From positions 640,001 through 704,000 of the forward strand of contig CAVXJS010000009.1 of assembly GCA_963762145.1 (NCBI GenBank): DNA of 64,000 nt, in the 5' to 3' direction. The translations under genes were made by a program, and so were the position numbers. The notes under the pieces are model-generated. The model had not been told where the DNA came from, made no database searches, and saw only the letters and a program-made list of their open reading frames with translations. This document shows positions 1 to 11,196 of this stretch, piece by piece. Numbering within the stretch: position 1 is the stretch's first letter; every line of letters starts with the position of its first letter. Origin of the DNA: an uncultured Candidatus Rokubacteria bacterium. Lineage in GTDB: Bacteria > Methylomirabilota > Methylomirabilia > Rokubacteriales > CSP1-6.

Positions 1-93
1 TCTTCCCTTGCCTACCATCGGGTTGCCTGGCTGACGCGAGGCGAAGCGCCCCACCCCCTGGAGACAGATTTGATCCCACGTGGAGGCTCCTCT

Positions 94-276
94 ATGGCAC
101 TCAGCCCGAGAATGCTGGCCGTCATCCAGAAGATCGAAGCAGCCGACGTGGAGCATTTCGCCCGTCTCCGCAAGAGCGCGGAGCTAGACAAGCAGGCCAA
201 GGCAAAAGCGAAGACGCGAGCCGCCATCCGTTCGGCCGAGGCCCGCACGGTCGCCAAGACCCGGAAGGCGTCGTAG
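94..276 (+). CDS. small basic (Lys/Ala/Arg-rich) hypothetical protein, 60 aa
   Basis: GGAGG RBS at 82-86 before ATG 94; GC3-rich codon usage. Confidence 0.6.
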   Translation: MALSPRMLAVIQKIEAADVEHFARLRKSAELDKQAKAKAKTRAAIRSAEARTVAKTRKAS

Positions 277-369
277 GGGGGCAACCCGACCTACTGGCAC
301 GCAGCGAGGCGAGCAGGGTGCGGCCATTGTCGGACCCGACCCCTGACGGCTGACCATGGAGGAAAGCTG

Positions 370-951
370 ATGGACAAGGACATCTTCAAGGAACGCGAGC
401 GCTCGCTCGAGGAAGAGTACTTCCGCACGCACGACGCCAAGCTCATCGAGAAGCTGCGCGAGCGCGGCAAGGTCGAGGAGATCGCCGAGGCGCTGGCGGT
501 GAAGCTGCAGATTGACGACCCGGCGCTTCTGAGCCGGATCATGGCGCTCGGGGTGACCCTCGACACGGGCCCCGCCTTCTTGCTGGCGCCGCTCGTGCAG
601 GTTGCCTGGGCCGAGGGCGACGTGACCGATCGGGAGCGCGAGAAGGTCCTGCGCATCGCGACCGAACGGGGCATCGACCCGTCGTCGCCCGCCCACGCCC
701 AGCTCCAGGCGTGGCTGCGAAAGCGCCCGGCGGACGCGATCTTCGCCACGGCCGTCGAGGCCATCAAGACCGGGCTCTCCGTCCTCACGCCCGCGGAACG
801 CGCTGACCGCATCAAGCGGATCGTCGACGCCTGCCGCGAGGTGGCGTCGGCATCGGGTGGCCTCGGGCGCCTGCTCGGCCTGGGCACGGGCGTCTCGAGC
901 GAGGAGGAGTCGATCCTCGACGCCATGGCGGCCACGCTCCGAAGCCGCTGA
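370..951 (+). CDS. TerB-like domain protein with N-terminal IF1/zeta-like ATPase-inhibitor-type helix
   Basis: GGAGG RBS; N-terminal FKERERSLEEEYFR; TerB-like motif LVQVAWAEGDVTDRERE. Confidence 0.7.
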   Translation: MDKDIFKERERSLEEEYFRTHDAKLIEKLRERGKVEEIAEALAVKLQIDDPALLSRIMALGVTLDTGPAFLLAPLVQVAWAEGDVTDREREKVLRIATERGIDPSSPAHAQLQAWLRKRPADAIFATAVEAIKTGLSVLTPAERADRIKRIVDACREVASASGGLGRLLGLGTGVSSEEESILDAMAATLRSR

Positions 952-986
952 CCGCGCCCCGGTCGTCCGGGCGTGCGGGCATGGCG

Positions 987-3923
987 TTACCTCCTCGGTG
1001 CGCAGGATCGGGGACGCGGAGGCCGAGCCGTACTCTCTGCGAGTAGGTCGCGGGCGTCCCGGAGGTCGGGCATGTCGAAGCCTTCCGTGAACCACGAGAA
1101 GACCGACGAGACGATCTCGTGCGCGTGCGCCCGCCGACCGTGTGCCTGCCACAGGCGACCGAGACTCGTCGCGGCCCGGAGCTCCCACCACCGCGCCTCC
1201 TGCTGGCGGGCGATCGTGAGCGCGCGCTGAAAGCAGACCTCGGCCTCCGTCTGCCGGTCGGGCGAGCACCGGAGCAGTAGCTCCCCGCGCAACCGGTGCA
1301 GCTCGGCCTCGTACATCCGCTCGCCGTTCGTCTCGACGAGCGCGAAGGCCTCGTCCAGGATGCCGAGCCCTTCGTCGGCTCTCTCCCGGCTCCCGCAGGT
1401 GGTCGCCAGGAGGCCGAGCTGCCACGTACGCGTCAGCTTGGCCCCCATGGCGAGGAAGCCATCCAGCCCCTCGCGGATCCGGAGAATGGCCTCGTCCGGC
1501 CGCCCCTCCCGTGACTTCAGCCAGCCCTGGAGGATCGGCCCGTGGGTCAGCCAGTAGGAGAAGCCCTTCTCGGTGGCCAGCGCCATCGCCGCCTCGATCC
1601 GCTCCCGCACCGCGTCTGGTTCGCGTCGGAAGTAGTGGAAGATCGCGCACATGACCAGCGCCCTGGCCCGCGTGAGCGGGTGGGAGACGGCCTCGGAGAG
1701 GACGAGCATGTCGTCGCTCTTCCGCAGTGACTGCTCGGGGTAACCGAGCAGCAGCAGGGACCAGGCCGCGTACGACAAGCAGTTCGTGCCGGGGTCCTGC
1801 CCGTACACCAGCGCGTGCGAGCCATGCTCGCGCACGTCGTAGATGCCGATGCCCTGCGCCGCACTGTCGCGCGCCGTGGCGAGTTCGCCGAGATAGAACG
1901 AGACCATCGCTTCCGACGTGCGCGCCTCGAGCAGCAGCGCCGGGTCACCGGCGTCCCTGGCCATCCGCAGCAGCTCCGCGGTCAACTCGCGCGTCGTCGT
2001 CAGCGCGCCCTGGGTGAAGTAGAAGCGCCACAGCCCCACCAGTACCGAGAACAGCAGCGACGTTTCCCCGGCTTGCTGGCACAGCTCGCGCGCCCGACCG
2101 TAGGCGGCGACGACCTCGGGCGCGGCATAGCCCTTGGTCGCCATCAGCGTCACGCCGAGCGTGTGCTGGAGCGCGAGCTCCAGACGGACTCGCTCGAGGC
2201 CGTCGGGCAGCGAGGCGAGCTGCGCGAGTCCTTGCTCCAGGTGAGCGACGGCCTCGCGGTGCGCACCCCGTCGGAGCGCGTTTTCGCCCGCGTGGTGGTG
2301 ATACTGCGCGGCGCGCCGGGCATCGTGGCCGCGCGCGAAGTGCATGGCGAGCTCGGCGGCGCTCTCTCGCGCCCGCGGCCCCAGGCCGGTCTCCAGGCGG
2401 TCGCCGATCCGCTGGTGTATCCGGGCGCGGCGTCCCGGCGGCACGCGCTCGTAGAGCACCTGCTGGTGGAGCGCGTGCCGAAAACCGTAGCGGGTGGCCA
2501 GCGTGCCATCGGGCCACTCCACCGTGCCGCGCGGCTGCAAGAACAGGTGCTCACGGACGAGGGCGCCCCATCGCTCCTCGACGGCGTCGACGTCACGGCC
2601 GCAGGCGGCCGCGACGGTGGCCGCCGACCATTCGACGCCGGCCACGCTCGCGGCTTCGAGAAGCGCGTAGTCCTCGGGCGCGAGACGGGTGAGCTGGGTC
2701 TCGATCAGCTGGCGCAGGCTTTCCGGAACCCTCGCGGTCCACGCCTCGATTCCCTCTCCCAATCCCTCTCGCGCGATGTCGTCCGCCAGGCTGACCATGA
2801 AGAGCGGGTGGCCGTTGGTGCGCCGGTAGATGAGCGGCGCCAGCTCCCCGGGGAGGGATGTGCCGGCGAACCGTCGAGCCAGATAGAGGGCCACCGCGTC
2901 CGGCGGCAGATCGGGCAGCCCCAGGACGTGACAGCGATCGTGCTGCTGAAGCTCCTGGGTGATCGCGGGCAACGGATGCCGACGGGCGAGCGTTCCCACC
3001 GGTCGATGCGTCGCCAGCACGAGCAGGCGTGCCCGATCTCGCTGGCGCGCGACATACGCGAGCCACTCGAGGGTCGAGGCATCGCTCCAGTGGAGATCCT
3101 CCAGCACCAGGACCAGCGGCCGCTCGGCAGTCAGACGCTCCATCGCTTCCGCGAGCTCGCGCAGCATCCGCGCCCGCGTCACCCCGCTGGCCTGGCGCTG
3201 GAGCGCCTCGCGCTCGGCCTGAGGCAGCAGCGCCGGCATCTGCGCCAGCCAGCTCGGCGCGTGTTGCCGCAGCAGCGCGATCAGCCCGGCACCCTCCGGA
3301 TCGCGGCAGAGGCGCCCCAGAGCTTCCAGGAGCGGGAGGAAGGCCTCTCCCATCCCATACTGCTCGACACACTGCCCGTGGCCGATCCAGACGGCCCCGT
3401 CCCGGGCGAGGCCGTCTACAAAGGCCTCCACCACCGCCGTCTTGCCGATGCCGATCTCGCCGGCGACGAAGACCACCTGGCGCACGCCCTGCCGTGCCTC
3501 CGTCCACCACTCCTGGAGCTGAGCCAGCTCGCCTTCGCGCGCCACCACCAGGTGACGCGAGTGTCGATCTGACGCCGGAGGGGATGAGTCCGGTCCGGCG
3601 GCCGGGATCGGAGAGAGCGCGGTCACGGGCGCCACGAAGCGATAGCCGTGTCCGCGTCGGGTCTGGATGCACCACTGCCTGCGACCGGTGTCACCCACCG
3701 CCTGGCGCACCGCCTTCACCACGGCCTCGACCGCCGCATCGCTGATGAATTGCCCCGCCCACACCCGCTCGCACAGCTCCTGCTTCGACACGACGCGGTC
3801 GCGATGGGTCAAGAGGTAGTGCAGAACCTGGAACACTTTGGCGCGCAGAAGGGTGGGCCGGTCGACCCGCTGGAGCGCATAGAGGTCGGTGTCGAGCGTG
3901 CAGTCAGCGAAGACGTATCGCAT
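987..3923 (-). CDS. STAND-type regulator: winged-helix (trans_reg_C) + AAA ATPase + TPR repeats
   Basis: N-terminal IQTRRGHGYRF wHTH; Walker A GEIGIGKT; LVLEDLHWSD; TNGHPLF; C-terminal WELRAATSLGRLW; start moved to ATG 3923 after GAGGGG RBS. Confidence 0.9.
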   Translation of the reverse strand: MRYVFADCTLDTDLYALQRVDRPTLLRAKVFQVLHYLLTHRDRVVSKQELCERVWAGQFISDAAVEAVVKAVRQAVGDTGRRQWCIQTRRGHGYRFVAPVTALSPIPAAGPDSSPPASDRHSRHLVVAREGELAQLQEWWTEARQGVRQVVFVAGEIGIGKTAVVEAFVDGLARDGAVWIGHGQCVEQYGMGEAFLPLLEALGRLCRDPEGAGLIALLRQHAPSWLAQMPALLPQAEREALQRQASGVTRARMLRELAEAMERLTAERPLVLVLEDLHWSDASTLEWLAYVARQRDRARLLVLATHRPVGTLARRHPLPAITQELQQHDRCHVLGLPDLPPDAVALYLARRFAGTSLPGELAPLIYRRTNGHPLFMVSLADDIAREGLGEGIEAWTARVPESLRQLIETQLTRLAPEDYALLEAASVAGVEWSAATVAAACGRDVDAVEERWGALVREHLFLQPRGTVEWPDGTLATRYGFRHALHQQVLYERVPPGRRARIHQRIGDRLETGLGPRARESAAELAMHFARGHDARRAAQYHHHAGENALRRGAHREAVAHLEQGLAQLASLPDGLERVRLELALQHTLGVTLMATKGYAAPEVVAAYGRARELCQQAGETSLLFSVLVGLWRFYFTQGALTTTRELTAELLRMARDAGDPALLLEARTSEAMVSFYLGELATARDSAAQGIGIYDVREHGSHALVYGQDPGTNCLSYAAWSLLLLGYPEQSLRKSDDMLVLSEAVSHPLTRARALVMCAIFHYFRREPDAVRERIEAAMALATEKGFSYWLTHGPILQGWLKSREGRPDEAILRIREGLDGFLAMGAKLTRTWQLGLLATTCGSRERADEGLGILDEAFALVETNGERMYEAELHRLRGELLLRCSPDRQTEAEVCFQRALTIARQQEARWWELRAATSLGRLWQAHGRRAHAHEIVSSVFSWFTEGFDMPDLRDARDLLAESTARPPRPRSCAPRR

Positions 3924-4104
3924 GGCGCCCCCTCGCATCTTAGCGGGGACAGCCAGGGCTCCGCCAGCGGCCGTCGGAAACATATCAGCCAGATGTCAGC
4001 CTTCCGTCAGGTTGGGGGGCGGTGGCGCGCGTAGCCTCGACGGGGAGGATGCCGAAGGAGGACACGACCATGCGCACCGTCGCCTCCGCTCGAAGGCCGC
4101 TCCC

Positions 4105-4728
4105 ATGAACGACCTCGTGGAGTTGGCTGGGTACGCCGCGTCGCTGCTCGTCTTCTCCGCCTTCTACATGACGGCCATGACCCCGTTGAGGGCCATCGCG
4201 ATCGCGAGCAACGTCGCTTTCATCGCCTACGGGCTCGGGCGCGAGCTCTACCCCGTGCTGCTGCTCCACGCCGTCCTTCTGCCTCTGAACGTCGTCCGCC
4301 TGCTCCAGATGCGCGGGGTCATCGGCCGGGCGCGCGACGGGTGCGGTGGCGATGTCTCCATCGACTGGTTGATCCCGCTGACGACGCGCTACACGTTCAA
4401 GCCGGGTGACGTCCTGTTCCGGATGGGCGAGCCGGCGCGCGCGATGTTCGTGATCCTGTCGGGATCGGTTCGGGTGACCGAGATCGGGGTTCTCCTCGGG
4501 CCGGGCGCCCTCATCGGAGAGATCGGGGTGTTCGCCCCCGGGCATCGTCGCACGGGCACCGCGGTCTGCGAGACCGACGCGGAGATCGGGTCCATCAGCG
4601 ACGACCGGGTGCTCCAGCTCTATGCCAAGGACCCCACGTTCGGCCTCTACCTCATGCGGCTCGTCGTCCAGCGCATGCTGGTTGGCGAGCGCCGCCGGTC
4701 AGCGAGCGACCGCGTGAGCGAGCCGTAG
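4105..4728 (+). CDS. membrane-anchored cyclic-nucleotide-binding domain protein
   Basis: N-terminal hydrophobic helices (LRAIAIASNVAFIAYG); cNMP motifs LFRMGE, GEIGVF, RRTGTAVC. Confidence 0.85.
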   Translation: MNDLVELAGYAASLLVFSAFYMTAMTPLRAIAIASNVAFIAYGLGRELYPVLLLHAVLLPLNVVRLLQMRGVIGRARDGCGGDVSIDWLIPLTTRYTFKPGDVLFRMGEPARAMFVILSGSVRVTEIGVLLGPGALIGEIGVFAPGHRRTGTAVCETDAEIGSISDDRVLQLYAKDPTFGLYLMRLVVQRMLVGERRRSASDRVSEP

Positions 4729-4875
4729 GGCAGCGGTGAGTCCGGCCGGCGAACCTGCCCGCGATCACACCGGGCCTCTGATATCTTCGCCGAGCACGCG
4801 GATGTAGCCCGGGATACCCCAGCAACCGACGAGGAGACTCGCGTCGAGAGGAGCGGTGGAAGTGCTGAAGAAGAC

Positions 4876-4950
4876 TGGAGCCGGGGGCGGGAGTTGAACC
4901 CGCGACCTACTGATTACGAATCAGTTGCTCTGCCACTGAGCTACCCCGGC
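4876..4950 (-). tRNA. tRNA-Thr (anticodon CGT)
   Basis: Minus strand GCCGGGGTAGCTCAGTGGCAGAGCAACTGA-TTCGTAA-TCAGTAGGTCGCGGGTTCAACTCCCGCCCCCGGCTCCA; cloverleaf, T-loop GTTCAA, encoded CCA. Confidence 0.97.
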
Positions 4951-5482
4951 GTTCGTCCGTAGACTTTACCACTTCCGACGCATTCTGTCCCGACTGCCCC
5001 ACCCTGGTTCCAGCATTTGCTTCCACGCCAACCGACCGCTCGGTCTTCGCCATCTCCCCGCGGAGGTGCTCCGGGCTCATGTGCGCGTACCGCATCGTCA
5101 TCGCCAGCGAGGCATGGCCCAAGATCTTCTGCAGGGCGGGCACGGATCCACCGCGGATCATGAACCAGCTGGCGAAGTGGTGGCGGCAGTCATGGAACCG
5201 GAACGGGGCGGCCAGCCTCGCGGCCTCCACGGCGGCCTCGAAGCCAGCGCGGGTACTCCCCTCCGGCCAGAGGCGGCCCTCGCACGCGCCCGGGCGGCTG
5301 ACCAGCAGATCGTAGACGCGCTGGCGCATCGGGACCTCTCGGCGCCGGCCGGACTTCGTGATCTCGAGCCGGAGCACCCCCCGCGAGAGGTCCACCCGAT
5401 CCCAGGTCAGCCCCTCAGCCTCGCTGCGCCGCATGCCGGTCTCGAGCGCCACCGACACAAGGTCGGCTAGATGCGGTAACAC
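4907..5482 (-). pseudogene. tyrosine recombinase/integrase, C-terminal catalytic fragment
   Basis: ETGMRRSE, FHDCRHHFASW, LGHASLAMTMRYAH motifs; N-terminal half missing; ORF runs into the tRNA. Confidence 0.9.
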
Positions 5483-5633
5483 CGATGCCCTGCCGTCGGA
5501 GCCCTGGCCGCTATGTCGGCGGCCAGCAATTGCCTGCCTTGCGCCTCCTTGCGGAAGTTTCTAGGCCATCTGCCGACGCCTTCGTGAGCCGCCTCAAAAG
5601 AGCATAGGCGATGTTGCACAAGGGAGACCTGGG

Positions 5634-6315
5634 ATGAGTCGAGGGGACATTGGACTAGGTGATGAACAGCCGCTCTTCACTGTTGCCGGACGCCATCTGC
5701 GCCGAGCAGCTCAGCACGTGACGCGGAACGAGGTAGTGAACCTGCTGCCTCCGTGTCTCGAGGACACCTTCCGTCATCCGAGTACACTCTTCGAGCGCCC
5801 GCGCGCCGCTAATGTCCTCGCCGGCCAGTCGCCGCGCCGCAGTAGAGTTTACGGATGACCGGGCCTTCGACGTCCTGCTATTCGGGCTTACGCCGGCGGC
5901 GGAAGCACTCTTCCTTCCTACCCGGGCCCTCCGTCTCGCTCGTCTGCCATTTCGCGTTGGGCGCATCCCCGTCGCTGGGGAAGCCCAGCCTCTCGAAGAG
6001 AACCACCTCCAGCTCTCGGATACTAAGCCCTTCCACGTTTCGCGGAACCATTTCGCCATCGAGCGCGGGCCCGACGGCATTCAAGTACGCGACCGTGGCA
6101 GTTACGTCGGCACCATCGTGAACAGCCTAAAAGTCGGCGGTGATCGGCTCGTCGGCACCGTCCCACTTGCTGTCGGAGAGAATGAGGTCGTCGTCGGCAG
6201 CCCGAAGTCGCCCTTCCGGTTTCGCGTGGTCGTGGCGCTGCGGCGGCCCGACTCCTATCCCGATCATGAACACGATTCCGCCGCGCGCGCCACACTATGC
6301 CCCAGCCGCTTCTGA
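5634..6315 (+). pseudogene. FHA-domain protein with decayed/frameshifted N-terminal (probably cNMP-binding) region
   Basis: FHA motifs FRVGR, VSRNHF, DRGSYVGTIVN in 5812-6315; upstream frame resembles a degenerate cNMP domain tail. Confidence 0.7.
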
Positions 6316-6431
6316 TTAGCCGAACTCAGGTCGCTGAGCTGTTTTTCTCGGTAAACGCCGCCCGTGTAAATCGGCTTTCTTCCTGGCTCTAAAGAGACCC
6401 CTCGGGTGTCGCTGACAAGGGAGGACGAATC

Positions 6432-6698
6432 ATGACCGACGGAACCGGATGCAGGGCCTCACGACGAGCGGTGCTGTGGACGGGCGTGGCCGCGCTGGCG
6501 GCCACCCTCATCCCGGCGCGAGCCGGCGCGCAGCCGAAGATCGCCCCGAAGCTGGTGCAGTATCAGGAGAAGCCGAAAGGGCCGCAGGAATGCGACAACT
6601 GTCTGCACTTCGTGGCCCCGAGCAGCTGCAAGATGGTGGAGGGCAAGATCAACCCCAAGGGCTGGTGCCAGCTCTACGCTCTGAAGCCGAAGGCCTAG
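6432..6698 (+). CDS. high-potential iron-sulfur protein (HiPIP), Tat-exported
   Basis: SRRAVL twin-arginine signal; CxxC..C..GWC pattern (CDNCLHF..SCKMV..GWCQLY); GGAGG RBS. Confidence 0.9.
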   Translation: MTDGTGCRASRRAVLWTGVAALAATLIPARAGAQPKIAPKLVQYQEKPKGPQECDNCLHFVAPSSCKMVEGKINPKGWCQLYALKPKA

Positions 6699-6711
6699 AG
6701 AACGGTCGCCT

Positions 6712-7881
6712 TCACTCGCCGTACCCGACCAGCTCGACGTAGCCGCGCCCGGTGACGGCCCGGCCGGCGGCGGCGCCGTCGACGCGCACCGCGCCCTCCC
6801 AGTAGCGCGTGCCCACGATCAGCTCCTGGTCGGCCAGCCGCGGGGTGATCTCGACGTGGAGGCCCGCCCCGGGGATGACCAGGCGCCAGCGGCCCGGGTA
6901 GCGCACGCCGCTCCGCGGGCTGGTCCAGTGATCGAGCGCGTCGAGCGCGAAGTCGCCCGGAGCGAGCGGCCGCGTGGCGCCGTCGGCCGCGATGAGCGCG
7001 CCGGCGCTGTGCGCGTCGGCCGTCCCGTCGCGCCGCCTCAGGCGGTAGACCATGACCTCGCGGCCGTCGTCGAGCTGGAGCGCGACCCAGTCCCATCCGG
7101 CCAGGTCCGGGCCGAGCGCGCTGGTGCTCCACTCGCGGTCCATCCACGCCAGACCGGACACCGAGAGCGGCTCGCCCCCCGCGCGCACGGTGCCGCGGGC
7201 GCTCATCCGCGTCAGCGAGTAGTAGTAGGAGGCGTTGCCGGGCTCGGGACCCTTCCGGCTGAGGCCGCGGTCGCCCTGGAGGACCACCGGCTTGTCGCTC
7301 GCGAGGACCAGGTCGATGGCGACGTCCCCCTCGGCGGCCCGCAGCCGCATCGGCAGGCCGTCGGCGCCCTGGCCCTCCGCGGACCAGTCCTCGAGCCAGA
7401 CCCGGAAAGGGGTCGCCCGCGCCCCGGCCAGGCCGAGCGCCGCGCGCGCGAGCCGGCTCCACGCGTGGAAGCGCCGGCCGGCCGTGTCAGTGAGCGCGAA
7501 GTGCGCGAGGTACAGCTGGCGCGCCGACCATGAGGACACCCGCGAGGTGGACACCGCGGGGGGCGCCAGCGCGGTGCGGAAGAACGTGAGCTGGAATCCG
7601 AAGTGACGCCCGGTCGCGGTCTCCAGGTTCCCGGTGTAATACCACCATTCGGTGCGGAACTCGGGGTGCGGCCCGAGGTCGGCGGGGAACGAGAACGGCC
7701 GTGGCGCCGCCACGCGCGCGAACCCGGTCAGGTCGCCCGCGCCCAGCGCCGCGCTCACCGCCAGGCTCGCCTGGACGCCGCCCCGCCCCGCGCCGGCGGG
7801 CCACCGGGCGAAGGCGATCAGCGCGCCGACCAGGAGCACGCCCACCGCCAGGCCGGCCGCCGCGCGGGCGCGCCTACTCAT
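6712..7881 (-). CDS. lipocalin-like AttH/CrtC-family secreted hydrolase
   Basis: [50 protein letters not shown]. Confidence 0.9.
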   Translation of the reverse strand: MSRRARAAAGLAVGVLLVGALIAFARWPAGAGRGGVQASLAVSAALGAGDLTGFARVAAPRPFSFPADLGPHPEFRTEWWYYTGNLETATGRHFGFQLTFFRTALAPPAVSTSRVSSWSARQLYLAHFALTDTAGRRFHAWSRLARAALGLAGARATPFRVWLEDWSAEGQGADGLPMRLRAAEGDVAIDLVLASDKPVVLQGDRGLSRKGPEPGNASYYYSLTRMSARGTVRAGGEPLSVSGLAWMDREWSTSALGPDLAGWDWVALQLDDGREVMVYRLRRRDGTADAHSAGALIAADGATRPLAPGDFALDALDHWTSPRSGVRYPGRWRLVIPGAGLHVEITPRLADQELIVGTRYWEGAVRVDGAAAGRAVTGRGYVELVGYGE

Positions 7882-10486
7882 CGCGGAGCGCGTCGGCGGG
7901 CAGCGCGCGCGCCATCCTCCACGCGGGATAGAGCCCGGCGAGCACCGCGGCCAGCACGGACAGGCCCACACCCTGCAGCAGGATCGCCGGCGACGGGTCG
8001 ATGGGCATGGTCCAGCCGAACGAGCGGCGGTTGATGACGAACACCAGGATCCCCGCCAGCATGAGGCCCCCGGGCACCGCGAGCACCCCGGCCAGCAGGC
8101 CCATCAGCCCGGTCTCGGCGGTGACGAGCCCCCACACCTGGCGCGGCGTCAGGCCGAGCGTCCGGAGCACCGCGATCTCGCGGGCGCGCTCGAGCTGCAG
8201 CGCCATCAGCGCGGCGAGCATGCCGATGAAGGCGACCGCGACGGTGAGCGTGCGCAGCACGCCGGTGATGGCGAAGGTGCGGTCGAAGATCTCGAGCGAC
8301 GCCTCGCGGAGCGCGCGGTTCGAGCGGACGACGATCTCTTGGTCGCCGGCCGCGCGCGCGCGCAGGTCCGCCATCAGCGTCACGAGATCCGCCCCGGGCA
8401 CGGCCTCGATGGCGACGCCCGAGACCTTGCGATCGTCCCAGAGCCGGTCGTAGGTCCGCCGGCTCATCACCACCACGCCGGCGCTCGAGCCGTAGTCGTA
8501 GAACACGCCGACGACCCGGAAGTCGCGGTCGCCCCGGTCGGTGCGAAGACGGACCGCGCCGCCCACGCGAGCGCCGTGACGATTGGCGTAGGGCTCGGAC
8601 ACGATCACCGCATCGTCGGCCACGACCCCGCCGGGCGGGCTCCAGATGGCCTCCGAGCTCCCTTCGCGGAAGCGCCAGCGCGGCGGCCGCGCGGGATCGA
8701 CGTCGAGCGCCACCACCTGCACCGCGCCGCGGGGCCCGGACACGAGGACGCCGCGGGACGTGCCCGCGCGCGCCACCCCGGGCGTGGCGGCGAGGCGCGC
8801 GACCAGCGCGGGCTCGAGCGCCGCGTCCGGCCGATTCCCTACCAGGCTCGGGGCCGAGACGTAAACGTCGGCGCGCAGGGTACCCTCGAGCCAGCTCACC
8901 ACCGCCTCGCGAAAGCTCGCGATCATGATCCCGACGCCGATGGCGGCCGACACCGCGATCATCAGCGCGGCGATGGCAACCGAGGTCCGGGAGAACGCGG
9001 CGACGATGCCGCGAGTGGCGAGCCGGCCGAGCGTGCCGAATGCCGCGATGGCGACGGGATGGAGCAGCCGCAGCAGCCCGAGCGCGGCGGCGGGTGCGAC
9101 GAGCGCCGAGCCGATCATCAGCACGAACAGGCCGGCGAATCCTCCCGCGATGCCACCGGGCAGGGCCAGGATCAGGGCGCCGGCCGCGAGCAATCCGAAG
9201 CCCAGCCACGTCACGCGCGGCACCAGCCGGCGCGCGCCGGTCTCGAGCGCGCCCCGGCTCATGACGACGCGAGGCGGCGCGCCGGTCGCCTCGAACGCGG
9301 GCGCCAGCGCGGCGGCGAGCGTCGCCCCCAGGCCCAGGAGCACGCCCTTGGCGAGGACGAGCGGCTCCAGCGCCACGTCGCGCACCGAGAGCACGAAGTA
9401 AAGGTCGTTGATCGTCCGGGTCACCAGCCCGAGCAGCCCGCGCGCGAGGACCCAGCCCAGCGCCAGCCCCGCCGTCGTCCCCACCACGCCGATCAGCGCG
9501 GCCTCGCTCATCACGAGCGCGAAGATCTCGGCGCGGGTCACGCCGAGGGCGCGGAGCGAGCCGATGAGGGGGCGCCGCTGGACGACCGAGAAGGTCATCG
9601 TCTGGTAGATGAGGAACATCCCCACGACCAGGGCGAGCAGCGACAGCGCGGTGAGGTTCCACTGAAACGCGCGGATCATCTGCGCCGTGGTGCCGGCCCG
9701 CGCGCCCGAGGTGACCAGCTCCGCCCCGGGCGGCAGGGCCCGCGCGATCCGCTCGAGCAGCGCCCGCCCGGCCGCGTCGTCGGGCGCGATGAGGTCGATG
9801 CGGCCGAGCCGGCCGATGGCGCCGAAGATCTCCTGCGCGCTCGAGATGTCCGTGACGAGCAAGCCGTCCAGGGCGCGGGCGCTCGCCGGGTCGCCCGGGT
9901 CGAGCACCCCCGCGACCGTCAGCTCGCGGCGGACTCCCGCCGCGCGGACCGCGAGCCGATCGCCCACCGCCAGGCCGAGCTCGCGCGCGGGGGCGCGCGA
10001 CATCAGGACCGCGCCGGGACGCGTGACGAGGGCGGCCACCGTCGACAGGCGATCGCGCGGCGGGGGCTCGCGGCGCTCGCCGGCGGCGGCGCCGGGAGCG
10101 CTCGACTCGTCCGCGCCGCCCAGGTACGGGCGGAACGGCGCCTCCGCGAAAGGATCGACGCCGAGCACGGTGAAGGTCCGCCCAGGGCGATCGGCGGCCG
10201 CGACGTCGCCGGACAGGACCGGCGCAGCGAGGCGCGCGCCCAGCTCCAGCTTCAATACCCGGTAGAAGTCGTCGGGCAGGCCGGACGGCCCGCCGAAAAT
10301 CTGGTGCGTGGCGCGACCGGTGACGGCCTCCGTCGCCAATCCGAAGGCCCGGCGCGCGCTCTCGTTGGCCAGGTCGATGGAGACCGCGACCGCCACGCCG
10401 AGGGCGATGCCGAGCACCGCGAGAACGAGCTGCCACGGATGCCGCCCGAGATGCCGGAGGGCGATCCGGGCGAGCTGTCGCCTCAC
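7874..10486 (-). CDS. FtsX-like ABC transporter permease (AttF/G type)
   Basis: Two MacB/FtsX repeats ([19 protein letters not shown]); GTG start overlaps the ATPase stop (GTGA). Confidence 0.9.
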   Translation of the reverse strand: MRRQLARIALRHLGRHPWQLVLAVLGIALGVAVAVSIDLANESARRAFGLATEAVTGRATHQIFGGPSGLPDDFYRVLKLELGARLAAPVLSGDVAAADRPGRTFTVLGVDPFAEAPFRPYLGGADESSAPGAAAGERREPPPRDRLSTVAALVTRPGAVLMSRAPARELGLAVGDRLAVRAAGVRRELTVAGVLDPGDPASARALDGLLVTDISSAQEIFGAIGRLGRIDLIAPDDAAGRALLERIARALPPGAELVTSGARAGTTAQMIRAFQWNLTALSLLALVVGMFLIYQTMTFSVVQRRPLIGSLRALGVTRAEIFALVMSEAALIGVVGTTAGLALGWVLARGLLGLVTRTINDLYFVLSVRDVALEPLVLAKGVLLGLGATLAAALAPAFEATGAPPRVVMSRGALETGARRLVPRVTWLGFGLLAAGALILALPGGIAGGFAGLFVLMIGSALVAPAAALGLLRLLHPVAIAAFGTLGRLATRGIVAAFSRTSVAIAALMIAVSAAIGVGIMIASFREAVVSWLEGTLRADVYVSAPSLVGNRPDAALEPALVARLAATPGVARAGTSRGVLVSGPRGAVQVVALDVDPARPPRWRFREGSSEAIWSPPGGVVADDAVIVSEPYANRHGARVGGAVRLRTDRGDRDFRVVGVFYDYGSSAGVVVMSRRTYDRLWDDRKVSGVAIEAVPGADLVTLMADLRARAAGDQEIVVRSNRALREASLEIFDRTFAITGVLRTLTVAVAFIGMLAALMALQLERAREIAVLRTLGLTPRQVWGLVTAETGLMGLLAGVLAVPGGLMLAGILVFVINRRSFGWTMPIDPSPAILLQGVGLSVLAAVLAGLYPAWRMARALPADALRDE

Positions 10487-11196
10487 CCGCCGCTCCGCGC
10501 GATGGCCCCGGGCGACGGCTGCTCGACGAGCCGGCCCCGCTGGACGGCGAAGATCCGGTCGGCCACGCCGACGACCTCCTGGCTGTGCGTCACCATGACC
10601 ACCGTCTTGCCCGACTCCCGCGCGAGGCCGTCGAGCAGCGCCAGCACCGCGGCCGCCGTCTCGGCGTCCAGCGTGCCGGTCGGCTCGTCGGCCAGGATCA
10701 GCGCCGGATCGTGGACGAGCGCCCGCGCGATGGCCACCCGCTGCTGCTCGCCGCCCGACAGGCGGTCCGGCAGGGTCGCGCCCCGACCGCCGAGGCCCAC
10801 CCGCTCGAGCAGGCCGCGCGCCCTCGCGACCCCCGCCGCGTCGGCCATCCCGTTCAGCTCGAGCGGCAGGAGCAGGTTCTCCTCGACGGTAAGCAGCGGG
10901 ATCAGGTTGAAGAACTGGAAGACGAAGCCGATGCGACGGCGCCGAAAGCGCGTGCGCGTGTCCTCGTCGAGCGCGGTGAGATCGGTGCTGTCGACCACCA
11001 CGCGGCCCGCGGTCGGGCGGTCGATGCCGGCGACCAGGTTGAGCAGCGTCGACTTGCCGGAGCCGCTCCGCCCCACCAGGACGACGATCTCCCCGCGCTC
11101 GATCGCGACCGAGACGTCGTCGAGCACGACGCGCTCGGAATCCCCTTCGCGGTAGGTCTTGCTGACGTGGAGGAGCTCGACGGCGGGCCCGGGCAT
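10483..11196 (-). CDS. ABC transporter ATP-binding protein (LolD/AttE type)
   Basis: [31 protein letters not shown]. Confidence 0.95.
   Translation of the reverse strand: MPGPAVELLHVSKTYREGDSERVVLDDVSVAIERGEIVVLVGRSGSGKSTLLNLVAGIDRPTAGRVVVDSTDLTALDEDTRTRFRRRRIGFVFQFFNLIPLLTVEENLLLPLELNGMADAAGVARARGLLERVGLGGRGATLPDRLSGGEQQRVAIARALVHDPALILADEPTGTLDAETAAAVLALLDGLARESGKTVVMVTHSQEVVGVADRIFAVQRGRLVEQPSPGAIARSGG

Noticed and set aside
4907-4950. Integrase ORF overlapping the tRNA as a functional fusion
   Set aside because: The integrase lacks its N-terminal half; read-through into the tRNA is likely incidental.
7652-11155. Long antisense or alternative-frame ORFs (e.g. 1167 aa here, 48761-51184, 27587-29542)
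   Set aside because: Shadow ORFs from high GC opposite recognisable genes; Arg/Pro/Ala-rich with no motifs.
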